From: Parachlamydiales bacterium
Lineage (GTDB): Bacteria > Chlamydiota > Chlamydiia > Chlamydiales > SM23-39
Assembly: GCA_050302075.1 (NCBI GenBank)
Contig: JBNLAH010000003.1
Coordinates: forward strand, 32,001-96,000
Length of the DNA: 64,000 nucleotides
Reading direction: 5' to 3'
Shown piece by piece: positions 27,248 through 38,354 of this stretch. The stretch's first letter is position 1, and every line of letters starts with the position of its first letter. Under the pieces are notes generated by a model. That model saw only the letters and a program-made list of their open reading frames with translations, was not told the DNA's origin and did not search any database. The position numbers and the translations under genes were made by a program.

Positions 27248-28207
27248 ATCTTGTTCTAATGACAAAATTTGGTCAAAATATTTAATTGTAGCTAAGAGGC
27301 CATCATCAATTGAAGTTGTAGGGCTCCACTTCAAAAGTTCCTTAGCTCTTTTGATATTTGGTTTTCTTTTTCGAGGATCATCTGATGGAAGCGGTAATGT
27401 AATGATCGGTGATTTAGAGTTTGTAAGCAAAAGGATTTTCTCAGCTAAATCAATAATCCTGAACTCATCAGGATTACCTAAATTGATTGGACCTATTGCT
27501 GAGTAGTCAGATTTCATCATAGCACAAATTCCCCCTATTAGATCGCTCACATAACAAAAAGATCTAGTCTGTTCGCCTGAACCGTAAATTGTAATAGGTT
27601 GGTTTTTTAAAGCTTGGACTATAAAGTTAGAAACTACCCTTCCATCATTGGGCTGCATTCTAGGCCCATATGTGTTAAAAATTCTAACTACCTTAATAGG
27701 AATCTGAAACTCTCTCCAATAATCAAAAAATAGGGTCTCAGCGCATCTTTTACCCTCGTCATAACAAGATCGAAGCCCTGTTGGATTAACATTCCCCCAA
27801 TAGCTTTCCTCTTGAGGATGTAACTTAGGATCTCCATAAACCTCACTAGTTGAAGCTTGTAGCACCTTGGCCTTGTTTGACACTGCCAAATCCAGCATAT
27901 TTATAGAGCCTAAAACACTTGTCTTAGTTGTTTGAATTGGATCCATTTGGTAATGGACCGGAGATGCCGGACAAGCAAAATTATAGACTTCATCAACATC
28001 TAACTGCAAGGGTCTACAAATATCGTGTTCAATTACATTAAAGTTAGAGTAGCAAATTAAATGATCAATATTTTCTTTTTTACCAGTGAAGAAATTATCT
28101 ACACAAGTTACAAAATGATCTTCTTTGATTAATCTTTCACATAAATGAGAGCCTAAAAACCCAGCTCCACCGGTAACTAATATTTTTTTTTGTTCTTTTT
28201 TTCTCAT
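27227..28207 (-). CDS. UDP-glucuronic acid decarboxylase (UDP-xylose synthase) family
   Basis: [52 protein letters not shown]. Confidence 0.92.
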   Translation of the reverse strand: MRKKEQKKILVTGGAGFLGSHLCERLIKEDHFVTCVDNFFTGKKENIDHLICYSNFNVIEHDICRPLQLDVDEVYNFACPASPVHYQMDPIQTTKTSVLGSINMLDLAVSNKAKVLQASTSEVYGDPKLHPQEESYWGNVNPTGLRSCYDEGKRCAETLFFDYWREFQIPIKVVRIFNTYGPRMQPNDGRVVSNFIVQALKNQPITIYGSGEQTRSFCYVSDLIGGICAMMKSDYSAIGPINLGNPDEFRIIDLAEKILLLTNSKSPIITLPLPSDDPRKRKPNIKRAKELLKWSPTTSIDDGLLATIKYFDQILSLEQDSISSGS

Positions 28208-31047
28208 TACTTTACTTTTAGAAATCCAACCATGCTTTCTTTTTGAAAAAAAGCAGATAACTTTTGTACTGTTTCATCTATAAAAGACACTACCAATTTG
28301 TCAGAAAATTGCAAATAAGCAGTAGCCTCAGCACTAGTTGGACTTGTCTTTCCATATGCTATAACAATGTCATATTTTTCTTTTATTTCTTTTATAAATT
28401 GATGAAAAGATAAAGATCTCAATATTTCTGTTCCGTATCTAGAAGTTATTCCCGCTGGCAAAAAGTCAAAATTATGAAACCTTTGAATGGGGATTTCTTT
28501 AAGATTTTTATCTAAATATTGTGCCATTCCTATGCCCTTATTTGAATGGATTGATTGAAAGTTAAGTTCAAGCAATAATACTTTCTTCCCAATCTTACCA
28601 ACTAAATCGCTTAAACAATAAGCATAGTTCGGCCCATTGTTTCCTATTAAACTTAATACTTTACATGATTTTTCCAATAAAGGCTCGGAAAATTGAATAA
28701 TATTTCTTAACACTTCTAAGTCATTATCATTAATGTATTCGACTTCAGGACCATCGCAGGCATAAGAGATCTCTCCTAGGGTTATTTCTTTAATGGCACT
28801 CAGATTGTCTAATGTAGCTATAAAACCTTTAGATAAGGCTCTTATAAAAAAGTATAAAAAAGCTAGAAAAAGGCCGATTAAAAAAGTCACAACAAATATA
28901 AAAAACCCTTTTTTGCTGTTAGGGCCTTTTGGGAACTCCGCCAATTCAATAGGTTTGGATGCAATTTGTTTTAAGTGGTATTCAATTGTTTTAGATTCTA
29001 TTAAACTTGTTAAAGACTGGATCATCTTTAGTGCAGCTCCAGAGCGCAGATCTAGTAACTTTTCTTTTTTCCATTTCTCGGGGAGTAACAACATGTTGTT
29101 TCTAATTGATTGCATTTGATTTTGTAACAAGTTTTTTTCTTTTAAAATATTTTCTTTTCTAAAAAACAAATAATCTTTTGCTTGCTGATCTAAAATTGAG
29201 ATCTGTTGATTGGTCCTATCAAGAGCTGCCATCTGAAGCGCATAAAACTTGTCTTTATATAAATTTTCTAACGACCTCTCAGCTTGGAGAGTTTGGCTAA
29301 TATGTGTTTTCAAAAATTTACGAATTAAAAAAAGATCTTTTTCTAATCTCCCCTTGTCTTTCTCACTTAAAATATCATTATCATTTAAACGAAATTGAAT
29401 ATCATTTGCCTGATTTATAAGCCCTTTACTTACAGAGTCTGAAAGGAAAGGAGATATAGAGCTTATTTCAAATTGATCCTTGTCAATTTCTTTCAAAATA
29501 ATTTCCAATTGTCTTACTTGAGCTTGGATTTGATCTATTTTATGATTATATTTTATATAAAGCTCATTTGCAGTATCAGCGTCCAACCCTTCAAACATCT
29601 TGTCTTGAGATTGAGCAAATATTGGCCTAGATTTTAATATTTTTTCTTGAGTTGTCAGAGCTCTTTTAAATTGAGACAGGTGATAATTCAAATCTTCTTT
29701 TATTGTATTTTCATCTTTTTCTGTCTTTAAACCTTCAATTTGTGAAGATGTCTTTAATATTTCTTTTTTGTTTAATTGTTCCAGTGCATTTTCGATCTCA
29801 CTTTTTTCTTTTCTTAAACTTGAAATATCTTTCAAAAGTTTATCCATATTTTGGGAATACGTCCCTTGCAGCGGATCTTCATTCTTTTTTTCCTGTGAAA
29901 AAAGCGACATGCTTAAGGCATCTTTTTTCTGGTTCAAAGTACTTTTCTGAATACTCATAGCAGCAAGTTTTTTCCCAACAAGCTCATCATTAAATATAAA
30001 ATCGCTGTCTGATTTTTTTAACAAATCAATATGCGCAAGCTCTAAGTCAAGGTCGAATAGCCTTTTCAAACATTCTGCGTGGGGGTTTGCAAAGCTTGAA
30101 ATTTCTTGTTCTAAAGCAATAAATCCATTCTTAATTAAATTGTCTGATAGATACTCTGCATGGCTATCGAGAGTATTTTCAAGGTTTTGCCCTACTTGCT
30201 TTTTTCTTTGCTCTAAATATTTAAATTGTTCTTTAGCAAAGGTGTCACTCTCTTTCTCTAAATATTTAACATAAGAGTGCATAAGCCCATTTAAAGTATT
30301 TTGAGCTAGATATGGATCAATATCTTTGTAGGTTATATCCAAAACATTATCGCTATAACGCGACACTTGGATTTTTAAATTGCGTTTAACTTTTGCAACA
30401 CAGCCCTCAACTGATGTAAAATTTAAAATATAAGCTTTGTTTTTTTTTAAATTTTTTGGAGTCGCTTGTATTATAAAAGAAATTTCATCTAGAAAGATTT
30501 TTTCATTTAACCTTCCTTTTGCTTTCACTTTTTTCTTCATATCAAAAATTTCAAATGAGTCGTTTGACTTAAAAAAAACAAGATATTTTCTTGAAGCTGT
30601 AGATGGACAATTTACTTCTTTAAATCTAAAGTTGCTACTTTCCTTATCAGTTATTTTAAATTCTCTTTTTAGATTTTGAAAGTACCTTGATAAGATTGCA
30701 AAAAAACGACTTTTATTTTTCAAATAGCAACTAGCTTGCAATCCAAATTTTTTCACAACAGGCTCAATTACAAGCCGAGACTGAATCATCTCCTTAGCTT
30801 TATTCTTATCATTTTCAACTGATCCTGACGAAAAAAAATCTTTAAAATTCAACGATTCTTTTTTTTCGGGCATTTCTGAAAATTTAGCAGAAGATTGGTA
30901 GACATCAGGTTTAATCATTACATAAAAAAAACAAATACTTGCAAAAATTAAAGCAAAACCAAAAATTTGTTTTTTTAAAGTAGTAAAAATATTTGATATA
31001 TCGCTTAAGCAAAAAAATACTTCATCACCTGACATGTTATTTCTCAT
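28207..31047 (-). CDS. Wzc/GumC-like polysaccharide co-polymerase with degenerate C-terminal kinase-like domain
   Basis: Two TM helices flanking a long coiled-coil region, then a cytoplasmic BY-kinase-like remnant ([23 protein letters not shown]). ATGA overlap with the wza-like stop. Confidence 0.75.
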   Translation of the reverse strand: MRNNMSGDEVFFCLSDISNIFTTLKKQIFGFALIFASICFFYVMIKPDVYQSSAKFSEMPEKKESLNFKDFFSSGSVENDKNKAKEMIQSRLVIEPVVKKFGLQASCYLKNKSRFFAILSRYFQNLKREFKITDKESSNFRFKEVNCPSTASRKYLVFFKSNDSFEIFDMKKKVKAKGRLNEKIFLDEISFIIQATPKNLKKNKAYILNFTSVEGCVAKVKRNLKIQVSRYSDNVLDITYKDIDPYLAQNTLNGLMHSYVKYLEKESDTFAKEQFKYLEQRKKQVGQNLENTLDSHAEYLSDNLIKNGFIALEQEISSFANPHAECLKRLFDLDLELAHIDLLKKSDSDFIFNDELVGKKLAAMSIQKSTLNQKKDALSMSLFSQEKKNEDPLQGTYSQNMDKLLKDISSLRKEKSEIENALEQLNKKEILKTSSQIEGLKTEKDENTIKEDLNYHLSQFKRALTTQEKILKSRPIFAQSQDKMFEGLDADTANELYIKYNHKIDQIQAQVRQLEIILKEIDKDQFEISSISPFLSDSVSKGLINQANDIQFRLNDNDILSEKDKGRLEKDLFLIRKFLKTHISQTLQAERSLENLYKDKFYALQMAALDRTNQQISILDQQAKDYLFFRKENILKEKNLLQNQMQSIRNNMLLLPEKWKKEKLLDLRSGAALKMIQSLTSLIESKTIEYHLKQIASKPIELAEFPKGPNSKKGFFIFVVTFLIGLFLAFLYFFIRALSKGFIATLDNLSAIKEITLGEISYACDGPEVEYINDNDLEVLRNIIQFSEPLLEKSCKVLSLIGNNGPNYAYCLSDLVGKIGKKVLLLELNFQSIHSNKGIGMAQYLDKNLKEIPIQRFHNFDFLPAGITSRYGTEILRSLSFHQFIKEIKEKYDIVIAYGKTSPTSAEATAYLQFSDKLVVSFIDETVQKLSAFFQKESMVGFLKVK

Positions 31048-32096
31048 GGAATAAACAACCCCCAACTACGACATCCTTTGCCAATAACATCTATACCGGT
31101 AAAACAAGGTAGAAGCTGTGAGATAAAACGATTCCATTCGGTAATTGGCTTTGCAGCAACATAAACAACATCTCCCGGCATCAATAGCAGCGATTCATTT
31201 GGCAAATGAATAACATGCTTCCAACTAAGTGTGTATATCTTCGGGCATGCTATTGCTCCTCTAATGATTTGGATATATGATTTGTCCCCTGTAAACGGAA
31301 TTCCTCTGGCGGACGCCAAAGCTTCTCTTAATGATATATATCCATTAGGCAAATTGACAACAGTTTCACAGCCTACTTCCCCTAGAACCATTAGATTGGC
31401 AGATGAGGGATCCGCTATATAAATTTTGTCACCACCACGCATAACAACATTTTGGGTCATATCGCCCTCCTTTAAAAGCTTATGGAAATCAACTGATATT
31501 AATTGATTGTCTCGAATCATATAACTTTTAAAAAGGTTTGCATTTGGAGGGACCTTTGCAATTGAAAGAACATCAAACAATCTAATTTTTCCATCTACCG
31601 GCACACTGGAAATTGCCACAAGCCCGGCCAATTCAACTTTTCTTAATATTCTGTTTTTATATGCTACAAAAGCTTCTATATCACTAATTTGGTTCAAATA
31701 AAGGTTCTGAATTTTTTCTTTAGCTTCCTGGAGTGTTAAGCCACTAACACAAACGGGTGGAAGGTCTGGCAAATATATCCTCCCGTCAGTTACCCTATAA
31801 CCAATCGTATTACCAATTTTAGAAACAGCTTCTGTAATGTCTGATCTTTTGGGATGATAGATCTCAATTTTTAGAACATCATCTTCATGAATTGTATCTT
31901 TATACTCTTCTAAAAAATCTAAAGGGAGCTGTTCAAAACATTTGCCTTCCATTTCCAAAATAGAAAATTTTCCAGCCTTTATTTTGTAAGAATCTACGAC
32001 GAATTGGTCTGCTCCACAAACATCTTTGCCCATATAAGGAGTTGAGCAAGAACTAAGCAAGCTTAAAAAAATTATAAACAAAAGAGAACATCTCAT
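31044..32096 (-). CDS. Polysaccharide export outer-membrane lipoprotein (Wza-like)
   Basis: Lipobox LLSSC, DGRIYLP..VSGLTLQEA poly-export motif, SLBB repeats, LMPGDVVYV and EWNRFISQLLP helix. Confidence 0.88.
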   Translation of the reverse strand: MRCSLLFIIFLSLLSSCSTPYMGKDVCGADQFVVDSYKIKAGKFSILEMEGKCFEQLPLDFLEEYKDTIHEDDVLKIEIYHPKRSDITEAVSKIGNTIGYRVTDGRIYLPDLPPVCVSGLTLQEAKEKIQNLYLNQISDIEAFVAYKNRILRKVELAGLVAISSVPVDGKIRLFDVLSIAKVPPNANLFKSYMIRDNQLISVDFHKLLKEGDMTQNVVMRGGDKIYIADPSSANLMVLGEVGCETVVNLPNGYISLREALASARGIPFTGDKSYIQIIRGAIACPKIYTLSWKHVIHLPNESLLLMPGDVVYVAAKPITEWNRFISQLLPCFTGIDVIGKGCRSWGLFIP

Positions 32097-32424
32097 GCTA
32101 ATTCACAGGGCTAAAATTTCTATTTCGCAGCTGTTTACTTATGTTTGGTCCCTTTTTTACCTTTAAGTAGCCATAAAGAAGAATAAAAGATTTGCTCAAA
32201 ATAGCGTAAAAAAAAGCTTGCATAATTGAAGCCTGAATTTAAATGTTTTTTTTACATTAATGAAAATACACTACCACTTGGTTATGAGCCAGTCAATATG
32301 TTTAAAGCAGGATCTGTTATGATTTTAGTTAAATTTGTTGAATTCGATGATAAAAATCATGTATACATGATTGCAATCTATGAGAGCTTTGCACTTTAAA
32401 AACATAGCTCTTTGGTAAAAATTT

Positions 32425-33417
32425 ATGAAATTAAGACCTACCCAATCATTAATGAAAAGAGTTTTAATAACAGGTGCTTCCGGTTTTATAGGATATCATT
32501 TAGCCTTTTTTTTAAAAAAAAGAAATGATTTTGTTATTGGGATAGATAATTTTAATGATTATTACGACCAAAGTTTGAAAACTTACAGATCTAATCTATT
32601 AAAGGAAATTGGCGTTGATGTTTTTAATATTAACATCTTAGAAACAGATAAAATAATTAAAATAATCAATGAAAACTCAATTACACATATTGTCCACTTG
32701 GCAGCTCAAGCTGGGGTTAGAAAATCATTTACCCACCCTGAGGACTATATAACCAACAATATCAATGGATTTTATAACATACTAGAAATTTGCAGAAAAA
32801 CACCTAATATAACTTTGCTGTACGCATCTTCTTCTTCTGTCTATGGAGTAAACCGCAAATCGCCTTTTTCTGAAGACGACCATACTGACCACCCTGCAAA
32901 TTTATATGGGGCAACCAAGAAGTCAAATGAAGCTATGGCCTTTGCATACCACAATCTATACGGAATAAAAATGACAGGCCTACGCTATTTTACAGTTTAT
33001 GGACCAGCTGGAAGACCTGACATGGCCTATTTTTCTTTCGCAAAGTCAATTATGAATAACCAGCCTATTTCTGTCTTTAACCATGGAAAAATGCAAAGAG
33101 ATTTTACATACATCGATGATATTGTAGAGGGCACCGCTTCAGCGCTTGACTTAGAGTCTGACTTCGAAATTTTCAATTTAGGTAATAACAGGCCTATCGG
33201 TATTATGAACTTAATTGAGGAACTAGAAAAAGGGCTATCTAAAAATGCAATAATCAATATGCTACCTATGCAGCCTGGAGAACTAATTGAAACTTGCGCT
33301 GATATATCAAAGAGTCGCAAACTCTTAAACTATCAACCCAAAGTAAGTTTTGAGACAGGTATTTCAAAATTTATCGATTGGTTTTTTTCTTATCAGAAAT
33401 GTCTTCTATCTTCTTAA
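32425..33417 (+). CDS. UDP-glucuronate 4-epimerase family NAD-dependent epimerase
   Basis: TGASGFIG, HLAAQAGVR, YASSSSVYG, YGATKKSNE, LRYFTVYGPAGRPDMA. Confidence 0.9.
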   Translation: MKLRPTQSLMKRVLITGASGFIGYHLAFFLKKRNDFVIGIDNFNDYYDQSLKTYRSNLLKEIGVDVFNINILETDKIIKIINENSITHIVHLAAQAGVRKSFTHPEDYITNNINGFYNILEICRKTPNITLLYASSSSVYGVNRKSPFSEDDHTDHPANLYGATKKSNEAMAFAYHNLYGIKMTGLRYFTVYGPAGRPDMAYFSFAKSIMNNQPISVFNHGKMQRDFTYIDDIVEGTASALDLESDFEIFNLGNNRPIGIMNLIEELEKGLSKNAIINMLPMQPGELIETCADISKSRKLLNYQPKVSFETGISKFIDWFFSYQKCLLSS

Positions 33418-34879
33418 ACGCCTTTGATAAATTTTCAATTACATCTGATGCTACTAAAGCATATGTAGAAGTTTCCTTTTCTGCTATTTGAGCCGAAAGT
33501 CCATGCAAGAAAGCAGCTTGCGCCGCTGCTTGGAATTGTTCTACTCCCTGAGCTATTTGAGCTGCTATAATACCTGTTAGAACATCACCGGTGCCTGCTG
33601 TAGCTAAAGCTGGTGTCCCACTAGAAATAATAAATGGCGTTTTTTCATAATGGACTACTATGGTAGGAGCACCTTTTAATACAACAATCACTCGTTTTTT
33701 CTTTGAATATGCAATTGTCTTTTCAATTAAAGCGATATCGTCTAACTCTTTTTCATTTAAAATTTTGAGCATCTCCCCTCGATGAGGAGTTAAAATTGTA
33801 TCTTGCGGAAGCTCTATTTCAGGACTTTTTGCCAAGAAAAATAGAGCATCTGCATCCAAAACAACTGGAATATCAAGTTTATCTAGCACTTTCAAAAAAA
33901 TTGATTTTGATTCATCAGACCTTCCCATCCCAGGTCCCATAAAAACTGCTTTAGCCCTTTCAACTTCTTTGAAAAACTCTGGCAGACTATCCTCAGATAG
34001 CCATTGATGGATAACCTCTAAGGGCTTTGATTCAGTCTCGGTTTCATCTCCTATAGAATATAAACGAACTATCCCCGCCCCTGCTTTTAAAGCTGCAAAA
34101 GAGCTTAAAATTGCCGCTCCAAACATCCCATAAGACCCAGCTAATCCAACCACATAACCAACATCATACTTGTGCCTTTTTGCACGCACAATAGGAAGTT
34201 TGACATCTGTTTTCTGAAAATAGTTGGCAAAAGGATCTATCTGATCTATAAATTCTTTAGGAAGACCAAAATCTGCATGAACAAGTTTTCCAGTGAAATT
34301 AGGACCATCATTTAAAAAAAATCCTGCCTTTAACAACCCGAGATAAATTGTTGTATCAGCTTTGACGGCGTCTGGCATTACAGCCCCATCAGATCCATTT
34401 AAGCCCGATGGCACATCTATTGAAAAAACTTCTGAATTTGATGAATTGATTTTTTTTATAATACTAAGATAAGGATCTTTTAGACTACCTTTAAACCCAG
34501 TCCCAAGTAAACCATCAACTAATATTGCATCATTTGGGAGCAATAAATCATTAACATTGCTTATAAAATAAGTATTCCCACCACTTGCTTTGAACTCTTT
34601 AAAATACTTCTGATTTAGCTTTGAGCTGTCTTCTATTTTTGAAAAATAATATGCTTCTACATAGAAATTTTCTTTTAAAAGAATGGCTCCTGCAACATAA
34701 GCATCTCCACCATTATTTCCTTTGCCACAAAGGAGCAAAATCTTCCGACCTTTGGCAGATTTTTTAATTGTTTTTGCGATATTTGAACCGGCCAATACCA
34801 TAAAAGCATCATCAGAACATCCCTCTTCAAATGCTTTTTTTTCTATTTCAGACATTTGTTTGGATGTTACAACTAACAT
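33371..34879 (-). CDS. nnr: Bifunctional NAD(P)H-hydrate epimerase/dehydratase
   Basis: CGKGNNGGD, DGLLGTG, IDVPSG, GPGMG, VLDADAL, LTPHRGE, ATAGTGDVLTG. Confidence 0.92.
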   Translation of the reverse strand: MLVVTSKQMSEIEKKAFEEGCSDDAFMVLAGSNIAKTIKKSAKGRKILLLCGKGNNGGDAYVAGAILLKENFYVEAYYFSKIEDSSKLNQKYFKEFKASGGNTYFISNVNDLLLPNDAILVDGLLGTGFKGSLKDPYLSIIKKINSSNSEVFSIDVPSGLNGSDGAVMPDAVKADTTIYLGLLKAGFFLNDGPNFTGKLVHADFGLPKEFIDQIDPFANYFQKTDVKLPIVRAKRHKYDVGYVVGLAGSYGMFGAAILSSFAALKAGAGIVRLYSIGDETETESKPLEVIHQWLSEDSLPEFFKEVERAKAVFMGPGMGRSDESKSIFLKVLDKLDIPVVLDADALFFLAKSPEIELPQDTILTPHRGEMLKILNEKELDDIALIEKTIAYSKKKRVIVVLKGAPTIVVHYEKTPFIISSGTPALATAGTGDVLTGIIAAQIAQGVEQFQAAAQAAFLHGLSAQIAEKETSTYALVASDVIENLSKAFKKIEDISDKKKTNR

Positions 34880-34883
34880 TTAG

Positions 34884-35879
34884 CTACAGGTGTTCTTCTT
34901 TAATTGCTCTTGCTAATAAGCTTTTTACAGCATCTTTAGGATTTAAATCTTTATAAATTATTGAGTAGATCGCCTCAGATATTGGAACCGCTATATTATG
35001 GGCTTCTCCAAGTTCATAGGCAGATACACAAGTGTATGCACCTTCAACAGCCATACCTACTTTGTTAAATGCATCTTTTGGAGATAATCCCTCTGCTAAA
35101 AACCTTCCAAAGCGGTAATTTCTAGATAAAGTAGAAAGACAGGTGACACAAAGATCTCCCATTCCTGAAAGGCCATTCAAAGTAATCTCATTGCATCCTT
35201 TTATAACACTAAGCTTTCTAATTTCATGTAGACCTCTTGTCATAAGCGCAGCTTTTGTATTATCTCCAAAACCAAGCCCATCAGAAATTCCACATGCAAT
35301 GGCAATGATGTTTTTCATGGCACCACCAAAACATACTCCCATTAAATCTGAGTTAGGATAAATTCTAAATGTGGGTGTTGTAAATAAATCTTGAATCATC
35401 ATCATTACATGAAATGAATAAGCTGAGCAGACTACAGATGTTGGAAGGTTTGCAATTACTTCTTCAGCATGCGAAGGACCACTTAAACATCCAATTAAAT
35501 CCTTATCAAGCTTCTCTTTTATGATTTCAGGAAAAAGTAACCCAGTCTTTTGTTCGATTCCTTTTGATGTTAAAATAAAAGGAACAGGCTTTTCCCAAAG
35601 ATTTAAAACCTGAGAAAAAACTTCCCTAATGCCTTTCGAAGTAACACTTTCAACAACAACATCACATTCTTTCAAAGCTATTTTTAGATCTGAAGTAAAC
35701 TTAAGATTTTCAGGAGCTTTAAATTCTCCCAGCTTTGGATGTTTTTTTTCTTTTTCTAAAATACTTATTAGATCTTTTGATCTGGCCCAAAGAGTGACGT
35801 CATGTCCATTATTTGCAAGCAATGACGCTAAGCAAAATCCCCAAGTACCTGCCCCTAAATACGCTATTTTCATTTTCAT
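34884..35879 (-). CDS. gpsA: NAD(P)H-dependent glycerol-3-phosphate dehydrogenase
   Basis: GAGTWG, SKGIE, LSGPSHAEEV, GGAMKNIIAIACG, GMGDLCVTC, SRN. Confidence 0.95.
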   Translation of the reverse strand: MKMKIAYLGAGTWGFCLASLLANNGHDVTLWARSKDLISILEKEKKHPKLGEFKAPENLKFTSDLKIALKECDVVVESVTSKGIREVFSQVLNLWEKPVPFILTSKGIEQKTGLLFPEIIKEKLDKDLIGCLSGPSHAEEVIANLPTSVVCSAYSFHVMMMIQDLFTTPTFRIYPNSDLMGVCFGGAMKNIIAIACGISDGLGFGDNTKAALMTRGLHEIRKLSVIKGCNEITLNGLSGMGDLCVTCLSTLSRNYRFGRFLAEGLSPKDAFNKVGMAVEGAYTCVSAYELGEAHNIAVPISEAIYSIIYKDLNPKDAVKSLLARAIKEEHL

Positions 35880-35993
35880 TCTAGTTAGATAATTTACAAA
35901 TTATAAGCACTATAGCCATTTAGGACAATGGACTGCTTTGCTTTTGCGAGCGAAAAAACATCCTGTAAAAAATATTTAACACAAGAATAAGGT

Positions 35994-36326
35994 CTATTTT
36001 ATTTCTTTTAAAATAAATGATTCTTGAATCAAAAAAAATGCTAACCTTTTTTCTTTCACATAAGAAATTAAAACACCGATTAGTTGATGGCACGAAAAAC
36101 ACTTTAATGGATGATTACCTTCGTAACTGAAAAAGCCTTCTCGGGCTTTGTCTAAAGCAAAAGTTCTGTCAAGGTAACATCTTTTAAGCGGACCTGGGCC
36201 ATCTTTTTGATAGTACATTAAAAAATGCTTACAAAGACCACAAGAGACCTTAAGTAAAGATGGCTCTCCTCTAGCTTCTGTATAAGAATCGTATTTAAAT
36301 TTGATTAAATCTTTCCAACTACCCAT
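35994..36326 (-). CDS. Small zinc-ribbon-like hypothetical protein
   Basis: CGLC...YQKDGPGPLKRCYLDR...CFSC; likely start MGSWK at 36326 (the longer track ORF overlaps the upstream gene). Confidence 0.65.
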   Translation of the reverse strand: MGSWKDLIKFKYDSYTEARGEPSLLKVSCGLCKHFLMYYQKDGPGPLKRCYLDRTFALDKAREGFFSYEGNHPLKCFSCHQLIGVLISYVKEKRLAFFLIQESFILKEIK

Positions 36327-36354
36327 TTGTTTATTTTGTCCTATCCTAACATTG

Positions 36355-37251
36355 TTAAAAAAGCTTCTTATAAATTTGATCCACTGAAAGTGAATCAACA
36401 TTTTTAAATTCTCCAATAATCGGCTCATGGATAAGACGTGGATTAGGAGAACTTACGCTTTGCTTTATTATCCCCTGTCTCGGATCTCCCCAAAGAGAAA
36501 TGACTTTTAAGTTGAAAGTTGTATTTAGGTAATAGATCAAAGATAAAATACCGCCATCCAACAATAAAGCTGTATCACAGGCATTTTTTAAAATGGAAAG
36601 CAACTCAAAGAGCGTAGTTTTCCCCCTTAAATCCAAAGCATTTTCCAACTCAAGCTTTGTCTCTTTGCTTCCTATTAGCACGATTTGCACATTTTTCTGT
36701 GCTTCAATTTTAGATATCAACTGCTGCCATTTTGTAATGCTTAATGTTCTCCATAAATTGTAATTAGAGCCGACATCAAGTTGGATTGCTATCACTTTTT
36801 TTGACAGATCAATTGAAAATTTTTTATAAAGATTATCATTCTCAGAATTCCAACTAAGCGTCGGTGTTATCTTGCCAAGCTGCCATTTGACCCAGTAAGT
36901 TGGATCCGGTTTTTCAATAATCAAATCATAGTCATCTGGATTCAATCCAATTTTTTTTATAGAATCGATTAAGCCATGCTCTTTATTTCTTTCCCAAAAA
37001 GGGCAAACAGCTACATTTACTTTTTCTAACATTGAAAAGCCGTCTTTTAAATCTTTTCTAGTTACAAATGTAATTTTGGCATCTGGGATGAATTGCTTGA
37101 CTCTTTTTACAACTGCAAAAAGTCCTAATGGAATATCACCAAGTCCCCTATTCCATTCGATCAGAATATTATTCTTCCCTTGTTTCATCAGCTTTTTAAG
37201 CATCACATCTAAGGGATTAGATCTTATCTTCTTTAGTATTTTTTTTAGCAT
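36355..37251 (-). CDS. Glycosyltransferase family 9-like protein (divergent)
   Basis: RGLGDI, PDAKITFV, DLRGKTTLFEL; follows the waaF-like gene. Confidence 0.75.
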   Translation of the reverse strand: MLKKILKKIRSNPLDVMLKKLMKQGKNNILIEWNRGLGDIPLGLFAVVKRVKQFIPDAKITFVTRKDLKDGFSMLEKVNVAVCPFWERNKEHGLIDSIKKIGLNPDDYDLIIEKPDPTYWVKWQLGKITPTLSWNSENDNLYKKFSIDLSKKVIAIQLDVGSNYNLWRTLSITKWQQLISKIEAQKNVQIVLIGSKETKLELENALDLRGKTTLFELLSILKNACDTALLLDGGILSLIYYLNTTFNLKVISLWGDPRQGIIKQSVSSPNPRLIHEPIIGEFKNVDSLSVDQIYKKLF

Positions 37252-38287
37252 TATTATCAATCTGGGTTAAAATGGCCTTAAGCACCTGCTTTTCTGTTAT
37301 TTGTTGCATGCATCTAAAATCAATTGGACACTTCCGTAAATAGCAAGGAGAGCACTCTGTATTTGCACTTATTATGGTCCCACCAGAATAAGGACCAGTT
37401 CTTTTAGGATTTGTTGACCCAAAAATAGCAATAACTGGGACACCAAGGGCATCTGCAATATGCATTGGACCACTATCATTTGTTAAAAAAACAGAGCATT
37501 GTTTAATTAGGCAGGCAAGTTCTCTAATTGATGTTACACCCGCTAGGTCTATAACGTTTTTTGGCATGAAAGAAGCTATTTCTTTTACAATTTTAAAACT
37601 TTTATCATCTCCAAAACAAACTACAAAACAATCCCTTGACTCAACTAGATCTTTGACAACCTTGCTGTATTTTTCTTTAGGCCAACACTTTGCTGAACCG
37701 TATTGAGCTGTTGGATTCACCCCAATCAGCGGCTTATCAAAACTATAGCCGTGATGCTTTAGAAGCTCTTTAGATTCATTTAACTCTTCCTCAGTCAGAT
37801 AAAGATGAGGTTTTGTTTTTGAAGTTTTAATCCCCAATGGCTGTAAAAGCTTTTTATAAAATTCAACTTGATGCTCTTCTTCTTTATTTTTTTCAATCGG
37901 GTAATCTAATAAAAAGTTTCTAAAATTGCCATCATACCCCAAACGATTTTTCACTTTACCTTGCCAAAACCACCAGGCAGAGGAAAAGGAATTGGTCAAA
38001 AGTATGCCAAGGTCATACTTGCCGGTTCTTAACTTTGAAATGATGTTTCTTTTCTCTATCCTTTTCTCAAAAAACCGATTTTGAGGTTTTGTAAAACAAA
38101 ATATCTCATCAATTTCAGGATCTTTTTCTAAAAGTTCACAAATGGGTTTTTTGCACATTGCTGTAATCTCAGCACCAGGAAACTTATTTCTAAGGTCTGT
38201 TAGAACTGGAGTTGCCATTACCAGATCTCCAATCCAATTTGGCATGCGAACAATTATTTTTTTTGGTTCAAAATCAATTAGGCTCAT
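37217..38287 (-). CDS. waaF: Lipopolysaccharide heptosyltransferase II (GT9)
   Basis: RMPNWIGDLVMATP, NSFSSA, YGSAKCWP, DLAGVTS, TNDSGPMHIA, CSPC; likely start MSLIDF at 38287. Confidence 0.85.
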   Translation of the reverse strand: MSLIDFEPKKIIVRMPNWIGDLVMATPVLTDLRNKFPGAEITAMCKKPICELLEKDPEIDEIFCFTKPQNRFFEKRIEKRNIISKLRTGKYDLGILLTNSFSSAWWFWQGKVKNRLGYDGNFRNFLLDYPIEKNKEEEHQVEFYKKLLQPLGIKTSKTKPHLYLTEEELNESKELLKHHGYSFDKPLIGVNPTAQYGSAKCWPKEKYSKVVKDLVESRDCFVVCFGDDKSFKIVKEIASFMPKNVIDLAGVTSIRELACLIKQCSVFLTNDSGPMHIADALGVPVIAIFGSTNPKRTGPYSGGTIISANTECSPCYLRKCPIDFRCMQQITEKQVLKAILTQIDNNAKKNTKEDKI

Positions 38288-38354
38288 AATTATAAAAGGG
38301 CTAAACTGGTTATAATGGCACATAATTTGAATAAAGAGAAGATACAAGTCTTTT

